Below, one piece after another: positions 25,921-31,298 of a stretch of 31,298 nucleotides of DNA. The stretch is from positions 1 to 31,298 of IMG/VR virus record IMGVR_UViG_3300017778_001321; one strand, given 5' to 3'. The stretch's first letter is position 1, and each line of letters opens with the position of its first letter. The translations under genes and the position numbers were made by a program. Source of the DNA: a virus (Duplodnaviria; Caudoviricetes). The notes under the pieces are model-generated. The model worked only from the letters and a program-made list of their open reading frames with translations. It was not told where the DNA came from and did no database searches.

Positions 25921-25921
25921 G

Positions 25922-25958
25922 AAGGATCGGCCCTGGCGCAAGCCGGGGCCGTTTCCCT
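25922..25958 (+). promoter_or_regulatory. GNRA hairpin between SD and polA start (weak terminator and/or SD-bridging stem)
   Basis: AAGGA, then CGGCCCTGGC-GCAA-GCCGGGGCCG (25928-25951), then TTTCCCT and ATG. Confidence 0.65.
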
Positions 25959-27923
25959 ATGATCCTTTGGCTTGACTTTGAGACCCGCAGCCGTTGCGAC
26001 CTGCCGAGCGCCGGGGCGTATAATTACGCCCAGGACGCCAGCACTGAGGCGCTGTGCATGTCCTACGCCTTTGGCGACGAGGACGTTGCGACTTGGCTGC
26101 CCGGTCAGCCGTTCCCCGCCCGGGTGGCGCAGCACCGCGGGCAGATCAGGGCGCACAACGCCGCCTTCGAACGCCTTATTTTCTGGTACGTCCTGGCGCC
26201 AGCGCATGACTTTCCTGAGCCGTCGTTAGATCAATTCTACTGCACCGCGACGCAATCCCGCGCCAATTGCGGCCCTGGTAGCCTGGAAGACGTGGGGCGC
26301 TTTGCCGGCGCGAGCATGAGGAAGGACCACCGCGGCGCGCAGCTTATCCGCGCGCTATGCGTCCCGAAGCCCGACGGCACGTTCCGCGAAGACGCCGCGC
26401 TGCTGGCCGAGATGGTCCAGTATTGCGAGCAGGATGTGCGCGCCATGCGCGCCGTCAGCAAGGCCATGCGGGACTTGTCCGAGGAAGAATTGGCCGACTA
26501 TCACGTCAACGAACGCATCAACGACAGGGGCGTTCTGGTGGACACGGCGCTATGCGCGGCTGCCGCGCGCTACGCGGCGCAGGAGTTGACGGAGATCGAG
26601 CAGACCGTCCGCGAGGTGACGGCGGGGGCCATCACGAGCGTTCGCAGCCCCAAGATGCGCGCCTGGGTGGAACACCGGGTAGGGCCGGAAGCGCGCAAGC
26701 TGATGATCGTCTATAAGGACGGCGAGGCCAAGGTTTCGATTGACAAGACCGTGCGCCATAACCTGCTGGCCCTGGCCGACGAAAACCCCGACGAAGTGCC
26801 GCCCGACGTGGCCGAGGTGATCCAATGCGCGGATGATCTTTGGGCGTCCAGCGTGGCCAAATTCAACCGCGCCGCGGCGCTGGCCGACAAGGAAGACCAC
26901 CGGGTGCGCGGCGCGTTCGTGTTCGCCGGCGGCGCGGCGACGGGCCGGGCGTCCAGTTACGGCTTGCAAGTGCATAATTTCCCGCGCAAGTGCGCTGCCG
27001 CGCCCGACGACGTGCGGCAATCTATGGTGCGTGGGCACCAGATTGTCCCGGCGCACGGCAAGCGCGTTACCGACGTGCTGAAGGGAATGCTGCGCCCGGC
27101 CATGATGCCGTCACCCGGCAAGGTGTTGGTGGCTGCGGACTGGTCCGCCATCGAGGCGCGCGTCAATCCCTGGCTGTCCGGCAACGGTGAGGCCAAGCTG
27201 GAATTGTTCCGCACCGGGCAGGACGTGTACAAGGTCAACGCCGCCGCGACGTTCCGCGTGTCGGTGGACGACGTGACTAAGGACCAGCGCCAGGTCGGCA
27301 AGGTGCAGGAATTAGCGTGTGGCTTCGCCGGCGGCGTGGGCGCCTTCGCGGCCATGGGCCGCGTCTATGGTGTTCACATGCCAGAGAGCGAGGCGCGGCG
27401 CATGGTGGATGCGTGGCGCCGGGCGAACCCCTGGGCGATGCCGTTTTGGCAGGCGCTAGAAGGCGCCTATACGCGCGCCATGCGGAACCGCGGCCGCGAG
27501 TTTAGCGCCGGGCTGATTACCTATTTGTTCGACGGCACACATCTTTGGTATGCCCTGCCGTCAGGCCGTGTGCTATGCTACCCGTTTGCGAAGCTGGAAG
27601 CGGACGGGGTGAGTTACGCAAAAGCGTCTTGGAAGCCCGCCGCCGATGCGACAGAATGGCCCCGCGCCCGGCTCTGGCGCGGGCTGGCGTGTGAGAATGT
27701 GACGCAGGCCGCCGCGCACGACCTATTGCGCGCCAGCCTGCGACGGCTAGAGGCAGAAGGGCAAGATGTGGTGTTGCATGTGCATGACGAGATTGTGTGC
27801 GAAACCGCCGATCCAGATGCGACCGTGGCCGCCATGCGCCGCGCCATGTGTACGCCGCCGAATTGGGCCGGCGGTATCCCGCTCAACATCGAAGCGGCAG
27901 TAATGACACGTTACGGGAAATAA
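25959..27923 (+). CDS. polA: DNA polymerase, family A
   Basis: Exo I WLDFETRS, Exo II AHNAAFER, Exo III YCEQDV; motif A ADWSAIEARV, motif B RQVGKVQELACGF, motif C LHVHDEIV. Confidence 0.96.
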   Translation: MILWLDFETRSRCDLPSAGAYNYAQDASTEALCMSYAFGDEDVATWLPGQPFPARVAQHRGQIRAHNAAFERLIFWYVLAPAHDFPEPSLDQFYCTATQSRANCGPGSLEDVGRFAGASMRKDHRGAQLIRALCVPKPDGTFREDAALLAEMVQYCEQDVRAMRAVSKAMRDLSEEELADYHVNERINDRGVLVDTALCAAAARYAAQELTEIEQTVREVTAGAITSVRSPKMRAWVEHRVGPEARKLMIVYKDGEAKVSIDKTVRHNLLALADENPDEVPPDVAEVIQCADDLWASSVAKFNRAAALADKEDHRVRGAFVFAGGAATGRASSYGLQVHNFPRKCAAAPDDVRQSMVRGHQIVPAHGKRVTDVLKGMLRPAMMPSPGKVLVAADWSAIEARVNPWLSGNGEAKLELFRTGQDVYKVNAAATFRVSVDDVTKDQRQVGKVQELACGFAGGVGAFAAMGRVYGVHMPESEARRMVDAWRRANPWAMPFWQALEGAYTRAMRNRGREFSAGLITYLFDGTHLWYALPSGRVLCYPFAKLEADGVSYAKASWKPAADATEWPRARLWRGLACENVTQAAAHDLLRASLRRLEAEGQDVVLHVHDEIVCETADPDATVAAMRRAMCTPPNWAGGIPLNIEAAVMTRYGK

Positions 27924-27935
27924 GGGAGGGACACC

Positions 27936-30245
27936 ATGGATTTCGTAGAGTTTCTTGACGGGCTGGCGCCAGAGGGCGAAACGCTCTTAGTCGTGCGGCA
28001 AAAGCCGGTCATGCGTGAAGGCGCGCCGGTGACCCACGCGGACGGTACACCGAAATACACCTGGCCGGCGTTCGTGCCGGGTAGGAAGCGCCCTGAAGGC
28101 GCTTGGTACGGAAACACCGGCTCGTTCATCCTTGACCGCTTTAGGGACGGCCAGCCGTCAGCGTCCGCGGCGAATTGCGAATATGTCCTCGTCCTGATGC
28201 TGGACGACGTAGGGACTAAGGCCCTAGAGCCAAACTTGGCGCCGACGTGGATTATGGAGACGTCTGAGGGGTCGTTTCAGTGGGGCTACGCCTTCAGCGA
28301 CCAGCCGACCAAGGGTGAGTTTACCGCGGCGATGAACGCCATTGCGGCGGCGGGCTACACCGACCCCGGCGCGACGAACGCCGTGCGGAATTTCCGGCTG
28401 CCGGGGTCGGTCAACCTCAAGCCTGGGCGCGGAGAGTACAAGGCCCGGCTTGCGGCATTCGACCCTACCCGCGAATTTACCCTGCCGCAGATATGCGACG
28501 CCCTGGGCGTCACGCCGGCGCCAGCCGACACGGCGACACAAAAAGCCCTACGGCTGCGCGACACCGGCAAGGATACCGTGTTGACATGGCTTAACGAGCA
28601 AGGCTTGGTCTTGTCGCCACAGAACGCTGAGGGGTGGCTTGGTATTGTCTGCCCGAACGCCGCCGAACACACGGACGGGCAGAACGAGGCGCGGTACAGC
28701 CCGCTTAATCGGTCCTTTTGCTGCTACCATGGCCACTGCGAGCATTTGACCAGCGCGGCGTTTCTGGATTGGGTTTGCGACAACGGCGGCCCGCGCGCCA
28801 CGACCGGGCTGCGGGATGAACTGCTGGCCGCGCACATGGCCCGCGCCATAGACAAGCTGGTTCCGACGCCCGCGTATCCCGACCAAGCGGCCCAGGTTAT
28901 AGCCGAGGTCGAGCGCCGCGAGTTGGGCCGCGTCGAGAAGGCGGCTTGGTACGAGCGGTTTGCCTATATCATGTCGGACGACGCCTATTTTGACCTAGCC
29001 GACCGGCGCGAGGTCAGCCGCAGTACGTTCAACGCCTTGTTTCGGCATGTGGACTGTAAGAGCATCCACAACGCCCGGCGGGTAGAGGCGGCGACGTGCT
29101 ACGACGAAAACCGCCAGGCGATGAACGCGCGGGTTCTGGTGGGCGTCACCTACGCTGCCGGCGATGATGTGCTGGTGGCGCGCAACGGCGACGTGTATGG
29201 CAACCGCTGGCGCAACGGGCGCCCCGACGTGTCGCAGGCGCCGGCGGGTGACGTAACCCCCTGGGTCGAGCATTGCCGGACGCTGGTGCCGGACCCGGGT
29301 GAATTGGCGCATGTGTGGGACGTGATGGCGTTCAAACTGCAACACCCCCGCGTCAAGATCAATCACGCAATCCTGCACGGCGGCCACGGCGGCAGCGGCA
29401 AGGATACCATGTGGGCACCATTCATGTGGGCCGTATGCGGGCCGGAATTGGCTAACCGCGGGCTGATTGACGGCGACACGATCAACAGCCAGTGGGGCTA
29501 CGCCCTAGAGGCCGAAGTCATCCTCCTGAACGAGCTAAAAGAGCCCGAGGCGTCGCAGCGCCGGGCGCTGGCGAACCGCCTGAAACCGATTATCGCCGCG
29601 CCGCCGGAAATGATTACCGTCAACCGTAAGAACATGCACCCGTATGATATGGCAAACCGGGCGCTGGTCTTGGCGTTCTCGAACGACCTATTGCCGATCA
29701 CACTGTCCAGCGACGACCGGCGTTGGTTTGTTATCTGGTCCTCCGCGCCGAGCATGGACGCGGCGGCGGCGGCCGAGATGTGGTCCTGGTATAAGAACCG
29801 GCACGGCTTCGCGCAGATAGCGCAGTGGCTATACGCCCGCGACGTGGCCAAGTTTAACCCTGGCGCCGCGCCGCCCATGACAGACCCCAAGGCCAATTTG
29901 GTCGAACACAGCATGAGCATGGCCGAATCGTTTATCGTCGACCTAATCCGCAATCGGACGGGCGACTTTGCTAAGGGTGTGGTGGGTGGCCCGTTCCATC
30001 CGCTATGCGATCGCATGGCCGGCTTGGCGCCGCCGGGCGTAAAGGTGCCTCAAGCGGCGCTGCTTCACGCGATACAAGAGGCCGGGTGGGTGGACGTGGG
30101 GCGGGTGGCGTCATCGGAATACGCCACGAAGAAGCATATCTTCGCGGCGCCCGACGTGGCCAAGAAATTCAGCAAAAGCGACCTTCGGCGCTTGGTGGAG
30201 GAACCCGTAGCGCCGAAGGTGATTAACTTGCAGACGGTGGCCTGA
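27936..30245 (+). CDS. primase-helicase (RepB-like AEP primase, Zn-binding motif, SF3/D5-like helicase)
   Basis: LMLDDVG, ETSEGSFQWGY, RNFRLPGS; CPNAAEH...CYHGHC; Walker A GGHGGSGKDT, ILLNE, FSN, DDRRW. Confidence 0.9.
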   Translation: MDFVEFLDGLAPEGETLLVVRQKPVMREGAPVTHADGTPKYTWPAFVPGRKRPEGAWYGNTGSFILDRFRDGQPSASAANCEYVLVLMLDDVGTKALEPNLAPTWIMETSEGSFQWGYAFSDQPTKGEFTAAMNAIAAAGYTDPGATNAVRNFRLPGSVNLKPGRGEYKARLAAFDPTREFTLPQICDALGVTPAPADTATQKALRLRDTGKDTVLTWLNEQGLVLSPQNAEGWLGIVCPNAAEHTDGQNEARYSPLNRSFCCYHGHCEHLTSAAFLDWVCDNGGPRATTGLRDELLAAHMARAIDKLVPTPAYPDQAAQVIAEVERRELGRVEKAAWYERFAYIMSDDAYFDLADRREVSRSTFNALFRHVDCKSIHNARRVEAATCYDENRQAMNARVLVGVTYAAGDDVLVARNGDVYGNRWRNGRPDVSQAPAGDVTPWVEHCRTLVPDPGELAHVWDVMAFKLQHPRVKINHAILHGGHGGSGKDTMWAPFMWAVCGPELANRGLIDGDTINSQWGYALEAEVILLNELKEPEASQRRALANRLKPIIAAPPEMITVNRKNMHPYDMANRALVLAFSNDLLPITLSSDDRRWFVIWSSAPSMDAAAAAEMWSWYKNRHGFAQIAQWLYARDVAKFNPGAAPPMTDPKANLVEHSMSMAESFIVDLIRNRTGDFAKGVVGGPFHPLCDRMAGLAPPGVKVPQAALLHAIQEAGWVDVGRVASSEYATKKHIFAAPDVAKKFSKSDLRRLVEEPVAPKVINLQTVA

Positions 30246-30849
30246 CGGTGGCGGCAATCTGCAACAAAACGTCGCGGAACTCTGCCGGCGTAGCGTTGCG
30301 GATTGCTTTTTTGTGTTTTCCGCCGATCATGCTGACCAGCCCCTTGCGGCGCGCGTATTCGTAACCGTAACGCTCGACCATCTTGGGGTCTAAGCGCTGC
30401 GGGAGCGTCCCCCAGCGCAGTTCCGGCGCAATCACTTTGCAGGCGTAGAGCCATGTCGCCTTGCGCGCGGCGTGGCCGTAGTGCCCTTGCTCGACGTAAC
30501 ATGTGAGGCCGCCCTGATCGTCAGCCGGAATCCAACCGCCCGACCTTGCGGGGCGGTTCAGCCCAAAAGCGCGCCATGCGTGACTATCGGCGGGATGCTC
30601 CAACACGCCCCCGTAAAGGCGCACCGCTTCAAGCGCCGCCGCAAAACACCCCCCATCATCACCAAGTTTGAATTGGTGCGGCTTGCGTGGGCTGCCATGC
30701 CAGAACCGCCCCCATCGCTCGCACGGCGGATGCGCGACAACAGGCCATGGGCCGGAGTATTGCCGCGCATCGCGCGCTTGGTCCCAGGGCTCAACGTCAG
30801 GCAGCCCGTAATATGCGCCGCATGGCTCGACATACAGGGCCGCTATCAT
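30223..30849 (-). CDS. C5-cytosine methyltransferase-like protein lacking canonical motif I
   Basis: VVAHPPC (motif IV-like), VLEHP (VI-like), QGHYGHAARKATWL (VIII-like), RNATPAEF (IX/X-like); ATGA coupling favours start 30849. Confidence 0.6.
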   Translation of the reverse strand: MIAALYVEPCGAYYGLPDVEPWDQARDARQYSGPWPVVAHPPCERWGRFWHGSPRKPHQFKLGDDGGCFAAALEAVRLYGGVLEHPADSHAWRAFGLNRPARSGGWIPADDQGGLTCYVEQGHYGHAARKATWLYACKVIAPELRWGTLPQRLDPKMVERYGYEYARRKGLVSMIGGKHKKAIRNATPAEFRDVLLQIAATVRPPSAS

Positions 30850-31046
30850 GGCGTAAGGCGCCCAAGGGTGGCGTTCGGCTGCGCGCGAATGTCTTGGTTG
30901 CGCCAAGTCCAGCACTCGCCGGTGCTGTCTTGGAAGCAGATCCACATGAGGTCTGCCTCCGGGCCGTAGTCAATAATCAGGTGCGCCCAGGCGGTGCCTT
31001 TGGGTGTCAACACAGGTAACGGCGGGTCAAGTTGCGTGACGCTCAT
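30846..31046 (-). CDS. hypothetical protein
   Basis: 66 aa QLDPPLPVLTPKG..AHLIIDYG..GECWTW; coupled on both sides. Confidence 0.75.
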   Translation of the reverse strand: MSVTQLDPPLPVLTPKGTAWAHLIIDYGPEADLMWICFQDSTGECWTWRNQDIRAQPNATLGRLTP

Positions 31047-31123
31047 TCGTCGCCTTCCCCTTTCCCGACAGGCTGCCCAAGCGTGGTCAGTCGCGCGCGA
31101 ATGATTGTTGAGATTTCATTCAT
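31043..31123 (-). CDS. possible 26-aa micro-ORF or gene remnant
   Basis: MNEISTIIRARLTTLGQPVGKGEGDE; SD AAGGTG; overlaps both neighbours in the usual coupled fashion. Confidence 0.4.
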   Translation of the reverse strand: MNEISTIIRARLTTLGQPVGKGEGDE

Positions 31124-31274
31124 TGTTTTTCACCTTCTTCACCATGCGCTTAGCAAAGCGTATCATCTCTGCCGATATGGTTTTCTTCTTGAGATAGCCT
31201 TCACGCAGCACATCATGCGCCACATCTTCCAGCATGGAATGTAGCTCCGCTATTGCCGCTTCTTCATCGCTCAC
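31116..31274 (-). CDS. 52-aa hypothetical protein (not in ORF track)
   Basis: GTG start, SD GAGGA, MSDEEAAIAELHSMLEDVAHDVLREGYLKKKTISAEMIRFAKRMVKKVKNNE; GTGA-coupled to a reading frame truncated by the window edge. Confidence 0.65.
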   Translation of the reverse strand: MSDEEAAIAELHSMLEDVAHDVLREGYLKKKTISAEMIRFAKRMVKKVKNNE

Positions 31275-31298
31275 GGCTTCCTCATTTCAGCAAGCGCC

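Noticed and set aside
1-31298. tRNA, integrase/att site, intron or intein
   Set aside because: Intergenic gaps are small and explained by other elements; TerL, PolA and the helicases are normal length with no intein or homing-endonuclease motifs seen.

Overview
The window is about 31 kb of a tailed dsDNA bacteriophage genome, most likely a short-tailed P22-like podovirus of a GC-rich Gram-negative host; one promoter motif hints at an alphaproteobacterium. The + strand (112-21897) is a near-complete late operon: TerS, TerL, three tiny basic proteins, P22-type portal, a Dps/ferritin-like protein, a probable head-spike cassette, scaffold, P22-type coat, head-tail adaptors, a gp10-like tail hub, a beta-helix tailspike, three ejection proteins (one with a GH24 lysozyme domain), holin(s) and a GH19 endolysin. 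An AT-rich divergent control region at ~23990-24099 separates SNF2 helicase and VRR-NUC (- strand) from a Cas4-like nuclease, probable SSB, PolA and primase-helicase (+ strand). The window ends in small - strand genes, including an atypical C5-methyltransferase-like protein. I saw no integrase, repressor, tRNA, CRISPR array or reverse transcriptase. The best candidate for an undescribed system is a two-part fibre-docking code that occurs twice: acidic 8-residue-period (L/I)xxE repeats next to fibres that start with an ISQL domain. Other notable signals are exact 17-bp repeats separating fibre modules, a CPxTGWR microprotein missing from the ORF track, a DDxxD protein in the ejection module, several structured translation-initiation regions and a G8/G4/T-tract element upstream of terS. 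All family calls come from motifs recognised by eye; no searches were run.
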